A stretch of 64,000 nt of DNA from Candidatus Nomurabacteria bacterium (lineage in GTDB: Bacteria > Patescibacteriota > Saccharimonadia > JAGOAT01). The translations under genes and the position numbers were made by a program. The stretch covers positions 310,767 through 374,766 of the forward strand of contig JACKGM010000001.1 in NCBI GenBank assembly GCA_020639315.1, in the 5' to 3' direction. The notes under the pieces were generated by a model, which did not search any database, was not told the DNA's origin, and saw nothing but the letters and a program-made list of their open reading frames with translations. How positions within the stretch are numbered: the stretch's first letter is position 1; the number at the start of each line of letters is the position of its first letter. This document shows positions 17,386 to 26,902 of this stretch, piece after piece.

Positions 17386-18426
17386 ATGAAAAATATAGAT
17401 AGCGTCAAGGAATATTTTGGACTGGACATCGGTAACAGTAGTATTAAGCTTGTCCAATTAAAGGCCGGACACCCCAAGCCCGAGCTGGTGACCATTGGTA
17501 GTGCTCAGACCCCAGATGGATTGATTGGTAGAGATACTCCGGAGTCAAAGAGGGAGGTAGCTAAGTTAATTGTAAAATTAGTCAAAGATAGTCAGGTCAC
17601 TTCTAATAATGTGATAGCCTCACTCCCCAATTCGATAGTTTCAGCCAATATTGTCAGGGCGCCCAAGCTCAAAAAACAAGAATTAGATCAGTCTATTAAG
17701 TTTCAGGCTGAGAAATATATTCCAATTCCAATTGACCAAGCCAAGATTGATTGGGCTCATTTGGGGGAGACCCCAGACGGTAAAGAAGTAGAAGTGCTTT
17801 TGGTAGCTGCTCCTTTGGAAAAAGCTAATAAATATCTAGATATTTTGCAGTTAGCCGGGCTTGAGCTGTTGGCTCTGGAGATTAACCCATTAGCCCATAT
17901 TAGATGCTTTAGTAGTGTTAAGAATAGTAGATATTGCATAGTCGATCTTGGCATGAGTGAGACTGGGATTACGATTGTTGATAACCATATACCGAAGCTT
18001 ATTAGATCAGTCAATATTGGTATTCGTAATTTGATCTCTAATCTTGCAGAAAATCTTAATCTTCCACCGGATCAGGCCAATAACTACCTTTGGCGGTTAG
18101 GCATCGGACAGAGCCAGATGCAGAGCCAGATCTTTTCCAGTGTTCAGCAACTTAGCGATACTATAATCCAAGAGATTAGCCGCTCGATTAACTTTTATAA
18201 TAATCAAGTCGGAGCTGAGGCGGTCAAAAAATTAATCTTTACTGGTGGGGGTATTAGTGTACCCGGACTAGTTAGCTACTATAGTGGCAGTCTAAAAATA
18301 CCTACCGAATATGGTAATCCATGGCAACATATTAGCTATAGTCCATCACGAAAACAATATATCGATAAGACTATCCCAACCTTTGCTACAGCAGTTGGTC
18401 TAGCGATGAGGAATCTAATCGAATGA
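17386..18426 (+). CDS. pilM: Type IV pilus assembly protein PilM (actin-like ATPase fold)
   Basis: It has FGLDIGNSSIKLVQLK near the N-terminus, is 346 aa long and is followed by pilN and pilO. Confidence 0.8.
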   Translation: MKNIDSVKEYFGLDIGNSSIKLVQLKAGHPKPELVTIGSAQTPDGLIGRDTPESKREVAKLIVKLVKDSQVTSNNVIASLPNSIVSANIVRAPKLKKQELDQSIKFQAEKYIPIPIDQAKIDWAHLGETPDGKEVEVLLVAAPLEKANKYLDILQLAGLELLALEINPLAHIRCFSSVKNSRYCIVDLGMSETGITIVDNHIPKLIRSVNIGIRNLISNLAENLNLPPDQANNYLWRLGIGQSQMQSQIFSSVQQLSDTIIQEISRSINFYNNQVGAEAVKKLIFTGGGISVPGLVSYYSGSLKIPTEYGNPWQHISYSPSRKQYIDKTIPTFATAVGLAMRNLIE

Positions 18427-19022
18427 ACATTATTATCAACCTTTTGCCTGAAGTCTATCAAAATCATCTCAAGGAAAAATTTTATCGTCGCTTGATTTTT
18501 AGTGGGGCGGTTGTGGCAACTATTGTGATGGCAACAATCAACCTTGCTCTTAGTAGCCTATTTATCTCCAGTAAGCTAGAGCTTGATAACGCCAAAGAGA
18601 ATATTAGCGCCAAACAGGAGATAATCAGTCAAAACCAAGATTTGATCAATCAGACTACTACTCTGCAACATAATTTAGACGCAGCCTATCAGCTTGATCT
18701 CAATCGGGCTCATCATTCCAAGCTGGTAGATAAGATTTTTAACATCTTACCTTCAGGGATTCGTCCAGCTTCAATTAAGATTAAAGATGATCTGGAAATA
18801 AGTATTGTCGGAAGGGCAAATTCGACTGAAGAGGTAGCGGATAAACTGGTTGGAAACTTACGAGATGCTAAAGATTCAAACTCGGGAGAAGACTTGTTTA
18901 CGGATATTAAGACTGAGTCAGTCTCGAGCTCTACTGGTAGTAGCCAAGTGGGATTCGAAATCGTTTTTACAGCTAATCCAGTGATATTACAAGTACAGGA
19001 AGAGGTAGTAGGTGGCAGTTGA
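18423..19022 (+). CDS. pilN: PilN-like pilus assembly protein
   Basis: INLLPE start motif, a single TM helix and an ATGA overlap with pilM. Confidence 0.65.
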   Translation: MNIIINLLPEVYQNHLKEKFYRRLIFSGAVVATIVMATINLALSSLFISSKLELDNAKENISAKQEIISQNQDLINQTTTLQHNLDAAYQLDLNRAHHSKLVDKIFNILPSGIRPASIKIKDDLEISIVGRANSTEEVADKLVGNLRDAKDSNSGEDLFTDIKTESVSSSTGSSQVGFEIVFTANPVILQVQEEVVGGS

Positions 19023-19707
19023 TTTTAAAAATCTTACTAGTAAGCAAGTGACACTTGATGATATTAAGCATCTCAAGTTCAATCTGACTGCGGCCTTTGT
19101 GATTTGGTTAGTTATCGTAGTGGCAGTTGGTCTAGTTGGGATTACCCAGTTCGCTTCTCTTAGTGTTAAAAACCAGAAAGAAACTGAAGCCCTAGCAATA
19201 ACTGGTCAAGATTTGGATAAGAATATTGCAAATCTTGATGCACTTAAGCAGTCTTATCAGAAGCTTACTGATTCTGGGCTGGCCTCCAATCAGACAGATG
19301 AAGAATTAATCTTATCGGCTCTCCCGACAGAATTCGATGAGAATGATATCTATCTGATCATGAATCAACTAGCCAGACAAAGCTCGGTCGAACTGGGAAA
19401 TGCTTTTACTGAAAACAAAAATTCCAAGGAGGCACTAATCAATGTCCCGCCAAAAGGGGTTCAGACGATTAGTTTCTCAAGTAAGATCAATGATGCTTCG
19501 ATCGGTAATTTCTTGAAATTTTTAGAAAACTCAGAAGGCTCACTAAGAACCTTGGATATTACTAGTATGGATATTGCTATTTCAGATAATTCTGGTGTTC
19601 AGTCTAGTAGCTACAAACTTAGTGACCAGTCAGTCAAGGTCAAGCTCAATTTGACTGCTTACTTCAGTCCGGCGATTACGCCAAAGTCGACTACGGAGGT
19701 CTTATAA
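19012..19707 (+). CDS. pilO: PilO-like pilus assembly protein
   Basis: GTG start, a TM helix then a coiled-coil region, and its position after pilN. Confidence 0.5.
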   Translation: MAVDFKNLTSKQVTLDDIKHLKFNLTAAFVIWLVIVVAVGLVGITQFASLSVKNQKETEALAITGQDLDKNIANLDALKQSYQKLTDSGLASNQTDEELILSALPTEFDENDIYLIMNQLARQSSVELGNAFTENKNSKEALINVPPKGVQTISFSSKINDASIGNFLKFLENSEGSLRTLDITSMDIAISDNSGVQSSSYKLSDQSVKVKLNLTAYFSPAITPKSTTEVL

Positions 19708-19892
19708 TGAAATCTACCAAACAACTCATTATCGTGATTGCTGGCTCAGCTCTCATAACAATTGCGATATTTGTTTATATTAGATTCTTTGGTCCAAACT
19801 CAGGCATTACTGTAGAAAGACCTTACCAATTTAAGACTGAATTTGACACGGAGACGATCAGGTATCTAAGGGGCCTGATTGATTATAGTTGA
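19707..19892 (+). CDS. Small single-TM protein in the pilus operon
   Basis: 61-aa ORF with TAATG coupling upstream and TGATG coupling downstream. Its TM helix is LIIVIAGSALITIAIFVYI. Confidence 0.4.
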   Translation: MKSTKQLIIVIAGSALITIAIFVYIRFFGPNSGITVERPYQFKTEFDTETIRYLRGLIDYS

Positions 19893-21673
19893 TGTTATCT
19901 AGAGAGGTTGAGACCCAGATTGTCAACTATCTAGTCTCACAAAAAATCCTGACCAATCAATCACTTGAAGAGCAAAAACAGCTTGCTAATGTCAAGCGCC
20001 GAGGATTACTTCAACAACTGATTGACAGTCAGATTATCAGTGAGAATGATAGTGTTAAATTGCTAGCAAGTGCTACTAAGACCCCCTATGTAGAGCTAAT
20101 AGACAAAAATATTCCCCAGGAAGCCTTGCTCAAGATACCGAAGCAATTGGCCAAAGAGTATATGGCGGCTCCCTTTGGGATAGTTGATCGTAACCTTAAT
20201 ATTGCCATGCTCGATCCGAGCAATCTTCACGCAATTGATTTCTTGGCTAAGCGGACTGGGATGCATATCAATGCCTATATGGCAAATCGTCAGAGTATTG
20301 ATTATGTAATCAATAAGATGAGTGATAATATTGACCAGGAAGTCACGAAGGCATTTGGAGGAGACTCGGGAGGTCAAAAGGAGGGTGACCCGATCGATCA
20401 AGAAACCCTTTCTCAGCTCGAGGGGACTGATATCGTTCAAGATGCCCCGATTACTCGCGCTCTCAATGGAATACTCGAAAGCGCGATTGAGCAAAAAGCT
20501 TCAGACATTCATATTGAGCCACGAGAGCATAACCTGAAGATCAGATTTAGAATTGATGGACTACTCAAAGAAGTAATGACTTTGCCCAAAAATGTTGAGC
20601 CAGCTCTGATTTCAAGGATCAAAATTATGTCCAAGCTCAAGATTGATGAACATAGAATACCCCAGGATGGTCAAGCTCAAATCAATGTGGCTGATCGTGA
20701 CGTTGATTTGCGGATTGCAATTGCTCCAATCACTTATGGTGAACAAGTGGTAATCAGAATCTTGGATAAAGGTAGCTTGTCAATCGAGCTTAGCAAGCTG
20801 GGATTTAGGGGGATGGCGCTTGAAAGAATTTATGAAGGAATTAGACAACCACATGGGATGGTGCTCTCGACTGGTCCGACTGGTTCGGGTAAGTCGACTA
20901 CACTCTATGCTGTCTTAAATCAAGTCAAAGATGAGACTGTCAATATCGTGACCCTTGAAGATCCTGTAGAATATAAAATGGATGGGATCAATCAGACCCA
21001 GATCAATACAGCGGTCGGCCTGACCTTTGCTTCGGGCTTAAGGTCTATCCTTCGTCAAGATCCCAATATCATTATGGTCGGAGAAATTCGTGACCGAGAA
21101 ACAGCTGATTTGGCGGTCCAATCAGCCTTGACTGGACACTTAGTGCTTTCAACCTTACACACCAATTCAGCCGCCGGTGTATTGCCAAGATTTCTTGATA
21201 TGGAAATCGAGCCATTTTTAATCGCTTCTACTGTCAATACGGTAATTGGTCAGAGGTTGGTCAGGAAAATTTGTGAAAAATGTAAGGTTAGCTATCAGGC
21301 TGATCCAGCGGCAGTTGAGATTATTAATAAAACCCTAGAGACAATCTTGGCCAAAGATAGCCAAGACCTTGAGCGAGTAGCGCAGTGGACTGGCTATCAG
21401 GATTTGCCTCTATTTAGTAATACATATCAAGTCTACAAAGGACAAGGGTGCAATAATTGCAGTAATGGCTATAAGGGTAGATTAGGTATCTGCGAAGTAT
21501 ACAGTATGACTCAAACGCTTGAAGAAATGCTACTGAAGCGCGCAACTACAGCCGAAATCCAAGACCAGACCATAAGTGAGGGAATGATTACAATGCAACA
21601 AGACGGTTATCTAAAAGCCCTAGTCGGGATGACAACTATTGAGGAGGTAGAGCGTGTCGCCTCAGAATTTTGA
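19892..21673 (+). CDS. pilB: Type IV pilus assembly ATPase PilB (GspE family)
   Basis: Walker A is GPTGSGKSTTLYA. A tetracysteine motif CEKCK...CNNC is present, with GspE-type N-terminal domains. Confidence 0.9.
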   Translation: MLSREVETQIVNYLVSQKILTNQSLEEQKQLANVKRRGLLQQLIDSQIISENDSVKLLASATKTPYVELIDKNIPQEALLKIPKQLAKEYMAAPFGIVDRNLNIAMLDPSNLHAIDFLAKRTGMHINAYMANRQSIDYVINKMSDNIDQEVTKAFGGDSGGQKEGDPIDQETLSQLEGTDIVQDAPITRALNGILESAIEQKASDIHIEPREHNLKIRFRIDGLLKEVMTLPKNVEPALISRIKIMSKLKIDEHRIPQDGQAQINVADRDVDLRIAIAPITYGEQVVIRILDKGSLSIELSKLGFRGMALERIYEGIRQPHGMVLSTGPTGSGKSTTLYAVLNQVKDETVNIVTLEDPVEYKMDGINQTQINTAVGLTFASGLRSILRQDPNIIMVGEIRDRETADLAVQSALTGHLVLSTLHTNSAAGVLPRFLDMEIEPFLIASTVNTVIGQRLVRKICEKCKVSYQADPAAVEIINKTLETILAKDSQDLERVAQWTGYQDLPLFSNTYQVYKGQGCNNCSNGYKGRLGICEVYSMTQTLEEMLLKRATTAEIQDQTISEGMITMQQDGYLKALVGMTTIEEVERVASEF

Positions 21674-22724
21674 TATCAATTTCTTACTTGGTGAAGTAGT
21701 TAGAGTCCAGGCTAGTGACTTGCATCTTCAAATCAATTTGCCACCAATTATTAGAAAACATGGTCATCTGTCCCCAATTTCTAATCTAGACCCTTTGGAT
21801 CAAAATACCGTTAGCAGTTTGATTTTCTCGACCTTGACTAGTGATCAGCAACAAATCTTGCAGACAGATCGCGAGCTAGATTATTCAATTAGCTACGGAG
21901 ATATTGCCAGGTTTCGAGTCAACGCTTTTTATGAGCGCAGCAATCTAGCAGCTGCTTTTCGCCTAATTCCGACTAAGATCCCGGTATTGTCTGAGCTTGG
22001 GTTGCCACGATCTGTCCAACAATTTGCCAATATGACTCAAGGATTAATCCTGTTTACTGGGCCGACCGGATCTGGTAAATCAACGACAATGGCAGCCCTA
22101 ATCGATAATATCAATACCAATCGTACCACTAGAATTATTACAATCGAGGATCCAGTCGAATTTGTTCATCAAAATAAGCGTTCGATTATTGCCCAAAGAG
22201 AAGTTAACTTTGATACAAAGTCATTTGAAAAAGCGCTCAAGTCTTGCTTGCGGGAAGATATAGATGTCGTGCTAATCGGTGAAATGAGGGATCTTGAGAC
22301 GATAGCAGCTGCGATGACTATCGCTGAAACAGGGCACTTGGTCTTTGCTACCCTCCATACTAATTCTGCAGCCCAAACTATTGACCGGATTATTGATGTA
22401 TTTCCGGCTGATCAACAAGGCCAGATTAGGACTCAGCTTTCAATGATCTTAGCGGGTATTGTCTCTCAGAGATTAGTCCCCAACAATGAAGGCAAGCGCA
22501 GTCTAGCGACAGAGGTATTGCTGGCTACTTCAGCAATTAGCAACCTGATTAGGGAGTCTAAGACTTATCAGATCGACTCTGCAATCTCGACTGGAGCTGC
22601 TATGGGGATGCAATCAATGAATCGCTCTTTGGTAGATCTGATCAGGGCGGGTAAGATTACGGCCAATCAAGCCAAAGATTATAGTATTAATCCAAGTGAA
22701 TTAGAAAGGTTAATGAGGTCATAA
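21654..22724 (+). CDS. pilT: Twitching-motility retraction ATPase PilT
   Basis: 356 aa, with Walker A GPTGSGKSTTMAA and GHLVFATLHTNSA. Confidence 0.85.
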   Translation: MSPQNFDINFLLGEVVRVQASDLHLQINLPPIIRKHGHLSPISNLDPLDQNTVSSLIFSTLTSDQQQILQTDRELDYSISYGDIARFRVNAFYERSNLAAAFRLIPTKIPVLSELGLPRSVQQFANMTQGLILFTGPTGSGKSTTMAALIDNINTNRTTRIITIEDPVEFVHQNKRSIIAQREVNFDTKSFEKALKSCLREDIDVVLIGEMRDLETIAAAMTIAETGHLVFATLHTNSAAQTIDRIIDVFPADQQGQIRTQLSMILAGIVSQRLVPNNEGKRSLATEVLLATSAISNLIRESKTYQIDSAISTGAAMGMQSMNRSLVDLIRAGKITANQAKDYSINPSELERLMRS

Positions 22725-22725
22725 T

Positions 22726-23946
22726 ATGCAAGAGTTTAGTTATTTAGCCAAAGATTTGGCAACTGGTCAACAAATCAAAGGGGATATTTCAGCTGAGAGT
22801 GAGATTGCGGCAGCCAGACTCCTTAATGAGCGTAATTTGTACCCAATCAGTATTAAACTAAAATCTAGTCGATCAGGATTTAGCTTCAATCGTGGTGTCA
22901 AGGTCAAGGCTAAAGAAAAGGTACTCTTTACTAGGCAATTAGCTACCCTGATCAATGCCGGGTTGCCGATTACCACTGCGATTTCGACTGCAGCTGAACA
23001 GCTGAGCAACCAAGGGTTTAGAGATATTGTAGATAAGATAGAAGCTATGATCCAGGGGGGTAGCAGTATTTCGGAAGCTTTTGCCCAATTCCCAAAAGTC
23101 TTTGATAATATCTATATCAGTATGCTTAGTGCAGGTGAAGCTTCTGGTACTCTTGACCAATCGTTAGATAGATTATCTCAGCAATTAGAGAATCAAGAAC
23201 AGATTAATTCTAAGGTCAAGGGAGCAATGGTCTATCCGATGGTTGTCTTGGTGGTGATTGGTGGGGTCTTAGTATTTATGCTTACAGCTGTCTTGCCTCA
23301 AGTCGCAACTCTTTACGATGACTTGGGGGCAGAATTGCCAGCCTTGACTCAGGCCTTGCAGAGTCTTGGGGTTTTTATGACTGATTCTTGGTTTTTTGCA
23401 ATCTTAATCTTTGCGGGGATTGTTTTGGGGATTAGGGCATTTATCAAGTCTCCGTTGGGTCATGGTATGGTTGACCAGCTCAAGGTTCGGATGCCAGTGT
23501 TTAAGGATTTGGTTTATAAGATGTACATGGCGACTTTTTGTCGTACTCTTAGCTCACTGATCAAGAGTGGGGTGCAGATTTTGGATGCTTTGGCAATCAC
23601 CAAGCAAGCTTTGACCAACAAAATCTTACAAGATGAGCTCGATGAGGTGATTGTCAAGGTGCGTGGTGGGGTACCAATGAGTCAGACCCTCAAGGAGCAA
23701 GAGCACTTCTTGCCCCTAGTCAGTCAGATGACCAGGATCGGTGAGGAGTCAGGTACCCTAGGAGAGATGCTTGAAAAGGTCGCAAACTTTTATGAGGAAG
23801 AGGTCAATCAGACTGTCAAAAATATCTCGACTTTGATCGAACCTGCGATGATGGTGATTATGGGGGTGATTGTGATGGGGATTATTGGGGCAATCCTTTA
23901 CCCAATCTATAGCTTGGTCGGGCAGGGATTTGATTCGGGCGTTTAG
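22726..23946 (+). CDS. pilC: Type IV pilus platform protein PilC (GspF family)
   Basis: 406 aa with two GspF-type repeats and three TM segments. Confidence 0.85.
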   Translation: MQEFSYLAKDLATGQQIKGDISAESEIAAARLLNERNLYPISIKLKSSRSGFSFNRGVKVKAKEKVLFTRQLATLINAGLPITTAISTAAEQLSNQGFRDIVDKIEAMIQGGSSISEAFAQFPKVFDNIYISMLSAGEASGTLDQSLDRLSQQLENQEQINSKVKGAMVYPMVVLVVIGGVLVFMLTAVLPQVATLYDDLGAELPALTQALQSLGVFMTDSWFFAILIFAGIVLGIRAFIKSPLGHGMVDQLKVRMPVFKDLVYKMYMATFCRTLSSLIKSGVQILDALAITKQALTNKILQDELDEVIVKVRGGVPMSQTLKEQEHFLPLVSQMTRIGEESGTLGEMLEKVANFYEEEVNQTVKNISTLIEPAMMVIMGVIVMGIIGAILYPIYSLVGQGFDSGV

Positions 23947-23949
23947 CTA

Positions 23950-23978
23950 TTGACTTAAATCGCTAGTTAAAATAAACT
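23950..23978 (+). promoter_or_regulatory. Putative promoter TTGACT-N17-TAAACT upstream of the major pilin gene
   Basis: Hexamers at 23950-23955 and 23973-23978. The pilin ATG at 24033 has a strong AAGGAG Shine-Dalgarno sequence. Confidence 0.45.
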
Positions 23979-24032
23979 ATAGACATAAGGGGTATCACTA
24001 ATAATTTAATAAAACAAAACTAAGGAGTAATA

Positions 24033-24494
24033 ATGCAAACGGCAAAAAAAGGTTTTACCCTGATCGAAGTAATCATTGTTTTGGCTATTGCGGCTTTGAT
24101 TATGGTAGTAGTATTCAATTCAGTAGGGGGTGCTCAGAAATCTCAAAGGGATAGTCAGAGAAGAACAGACTTGGGGTATTTGGTGTCTCAGCTTGAACAA
24201 TATGCAGGTAACAACAATGGGGACTATCCTGACCCAGGAGACCTCAGTAACTTTACTGCTAACTATATCGATAACAATGATAAGAGTTTTAGGGATCCTG
24301 TAGCGGGTGAGCATTATGTCTTGGAAGAAAATACCACCCTGGAGTCCCAAGAGAGCCCTAGTGGCTTATGTGGGGGTGGTGAAGACCTTACTGAAAGTGG
24401 ATATCAACCTGTCTACTACAACCGATTGAGCCGTAGAAGTTTTGTGGTAGAAATTTGTTTAGAGAGCGGTAACTACGTTCAAACCAACAAGTAG
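24033..24494 (+). CDS. pilA: Type IV pilin (major pilin candidate)
   Basis: The class III signal MQTAKKG|FTLIEVIIVLAIAALI has Glu at +5. The gene has its own promoter and a strong SD. Confidence 0.8.
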   Translation: MQTAKKGFTLIEVIIVLAIAALIMVVVFNSVGGAQKSQRDSQRRTDLGYLVSQLEQYAGNNNGDYPDPGDLSNFTANYIDNNDKSFRDPVAGEHYVLEENTTLESQESPSGLCGGGEDLTESGYQPVYYNRLSRRSFVVEICLESGNYVQTNK

Positions 24495-24503
24495 GCGGTT
24501 ACC

Positions 24504-25292
24504 TTGGCTAGGTCTAAAATCAAGTTAGGCCGTCATCCTATGCTAAGCTCAGGAATGAGCTTGGTCGAAGTGATGATAGTACTGGCAATCTCGATGGGAG
24601 TGGCGGCTTCGGTTTATGCCAATTTTGGGCCTCAGAGAGATCGGGTATCATTCGATAATTCTATTCGTAGTACAGAGGCTATATTTGCTGGCATCAAAAA
24701 TGAGGTTCGTGCTGGAGTCTGGACTGGAGGAGATACCGAAAATCAGACTAGCTGTAGTGATGTAGAGCTTGGTAATAACCTTTCACTCGGTCAAGATCAA
24801 ATATTTGGTAGAAGTATTACGATTGAAGAATATAGTAATGGTGAGTATTATCTAGATAGCTCGGTACTTCGTTTGGTGGCTAATACTGCTGAAGGATTCA
24901 ATCAATACTACGAACAACTTTGTAGTTATCAGCCAGAGAGGGTTAATCTGCCGAAGGGCTTAATCCCTTTTTTGCCCAATCCGGATCCAGATGATCTCGA
25001 TTATCCAGCTAAGGACCCGACTAGGATTAGGATTGTTTTTCAAGCTCAACCCAATGAGATATGGTGGTGGGAGGATAAGTATGATCAAGACTACTTGGAT
25101 ATTACCAATTATGGGTCAAGTAGGGCCAATGGTCAGCTAGGTGATCGGTCGAATTTTGCTTTGTATTTTAAAGATCTTGATTTTTTGGATAAACAAGATT
25201 TGCGTCTGAGTGCCGGCGAGGATCAGGTTAAGATTTGGGGAAAGCTCAAGTTTACACCTGCTAATAATAATCTTGAGCTTGAGATCAACTAA
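24504..25292 (+). CDS. Prepilin-type protein (minor pilin candidate)
   Basis: It contains SSG|MSLVEVMIVLAISMGV. The TTG at 24504 and the ATG at 24540 are both possible starts. Confidence 0.6.
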   Translation: MARSKIKLGRHPMLSSGMSLVEVMIVLAISMGVAASVYANFGPQRDRVSFDNSIRSTEAIFAGIKNEVRAGVWTGGDTENQTSCSDVELGNNLSLGQDQIFGRSITIEEYSNGEYYLDSSVLRLVANTAEGFNQYYEQLCSYQPERVNLPKGLIPFLPNPDPDDLDYPAKDPTRIRIVFQAQPNEIWWWEDKYDQDYLDITNYGSSRANGQLGDRSNFALYFKDLDFLDKQDLRLSAGEDQVKIWGKLKFTPANNNLELEIN

Positions 25293-25795
25293 TGAGCAGA
25301 CAGGTTAAAAGAGGTGATACAATTTTAGAGGTCTTAATTGCCTTGGTAATTCTTGGCTCGATTTTGGCAATTGCCATCGTCAGCGTGACTAGGTCAGTCC
25401 GGCAGACTAGGGCAGCTCGAGAGAGGATTCAGGTCGACTTGCTGATAGAAGAACAGGCCGAATACTTGGACTTTTTGGTCAGAAGCTTGCCTTGGGACAC
25501 TAATGATATCCCGGTGGGAAAGACTGCTCAAGATTATCCATTTTTTATCGGGGATCGGGTCGATGGCTGTGGTCAGAAATGCTATATTGAAAAGTCAGAG
25601 AGTAGTGATGCTCTCTCAGTGAAGAGTGGAGAATATACCGAGATAGCTCCATATAGGATTTATTTTCAAAAAAAGGATTACCCAAGCGCTTTTCAAACTA
25701 CCGAGTCAATGCTGGTAGCGATTCAGGCAGAGTGGATTGACCCTAATAATGAGACCCAGTACACAGTAATTACCAAGGAATACAGCAAGAGATGA
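25292..25795 (+). CDS. Prepilin-type protein (minor pilin candidate)
   Basis: N-terminus KRG|DTILEVLIALVILG. Confidence 0.6.
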   Translation: MSRQVKRGDTILEVLIALVILGSILAIAIVSVTRSVRQTRAARERIQVDLLIEEQAEYLDFLVRSLPWDTNDIPVGKTAQDYPFFIGDRVDGCGQKCYIEKSESSDALSVKSGEYTEIAPYRIYFQKKDYPSAFQTTESMLVAIQAEWIDPNNETQYTVITKEYSKR

Positions 25796-26550
25796 TAAAC
25801 GATAAAAAAACCATAAAACATCAAAAAGGTTTTACTCTAGTAGAGCTTTTGATAGCCTCATCGATATTTTCTTTTCTCTTGGCGATTAGTCTAGCTGGAT
25901 TTATGAATATTACCAATCTTTTTCGTCAGGCTGCCACAATGCGAGCTTTGCAACAGGATACTGATGAGATTATTAACGAGATTAGAGATGACATCAATAG
26001 TGCTAGGGGGGTCAAGATTTGCCGGGCAGGAGAGGATTATATCAATATCGATAACCCGGTGGAAAACTGTATGGAGGGGTTAGAAGAAAATCGAGCGACC
26101 TACCTCAATGATCCTGAAGATCTAATCAATATCGATAGTGACTTGCTTTGTCTGAAGGGAGATAGAGAAGGCCAGGATATTGTTTATCGGACTGAACTAG
26201 TAGATAATAATGAACTAATCGAAAATACCCCTACGACAGTTTTGGTCAAATATACCAATGTCACTCATTGTAACCTCAGTGTTACTGGTGGAGTGAGAAC
26301 CCCTCAGGTTATCACTAGTCAGAGGAATAGAATCTATAGTTTAAACTTTAGTCGGGTACATGGGGTAGAAAAGAGAGGGAAGTTGGAGATTGATTCAATC
26401 GAGATTATGCTTGATATTAGACAGGCTCGGATTTTGGAAAAAGCTTCAAGTAGTGGGGCAAGGGCATTTACTGCTAGCCTTTATCTAGAGACCTCGGCTA
26501 ATACTCGAGGTTGCTATGCTGGCACTACCACTTGTCCACCTGCCAATTAG
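25792..26550 (+). CDS. Prepilin-type protein (minor pilin candidate)
   Basis: N-terminus HQKG|FTLVELLIASSIF. Confidence 0.65.
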   Translation: MINDKKTIKHQKGFTLVELLIASSIFSFLLAISLAGFMNITNLFRQAATMRALQQDTDEIINEIRDDINSARGVKICRAGEDYINIDNPVENCMEGLEENRATYLNDPEDLINIDSDLLCLKGDREGQDIVYRTELVDNNELIENTPTTVLVKYTNVTHCNLSVTGGVRTPQVITSQRNRIYSLNFSRVHGVEKRGKLEIDSIEIMLDIRQARILEKASSSGARAFTASLYLETSANTRGCYAGTTTCPPAN

Positions 26551-26560
26551 TAGCCCTATT

Positions 26561-26664
26561 CTGTCGTCCTCCGAATTCTAAACCTGTATTGTCATCCTCT
26601 GAAACCTACTACTCTTCTGTCATCCTCCAAAGCTCAGAGAGCTTACGGGGGATCCAGTATTTGA
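26561..26664. repeat. REP/BIME-like hairpin repeat cluster B
   Basis: Half units start at 26563 and 26591. A full forward unit lies at 26619-26660. Confidence 0.75.
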
Positions 26665-26724
26665 ATTATAGAACGATTTATTTCGAGTTTGCCATAGCTG
26701 TGTTAAAATATCCTACAGGCATAT

Positions 26725-26800
26725 GCCCGTGTAGCTCAGCGGATAGAGCAGTGGTTTTCTAAACCATTGGTCGGGAGTTCGATTCTCTCCACGGGTACCA
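26725..26800 (+). tRNA. tRNA-Arg (anticodon TCT) with an encoded CCA
   Basis: A manual cloverleaf gives acceptor GCCCGTG/CACGGGT, D arm GCTC/GAGC, anticodon stem GTGGT/ACCAT with loop TTTCTAA, and T arm GGGAG-TTCGATT-CTCTC. Confidence 0.85.
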
Positions 26801-26812
26801 TTAAATGTCTAT

Positions 26813-26889
26813 GGTGGACGTAGCTCAGTTGGTAGAGCGCCGGGTTGTGGTCCCGTAGGTCGTGGGTTCGAGACCCATCGTCCACACCA
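26813..26889 (+). tRNA. tRNA-His (anticodon GTG) with an encoded G-1 and CCA
   Basis: A manual cloverleaf gives acceptor GTGGACG/CGTCCAC preceded by G, anticodon loop TTGTGGT, T arm GTGGG-TTCGAGA-CCCAT and discriminator A. Confidence 0.8.
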
Positions 26890-26902
26890 TTTCTCACAAT
26901 TT

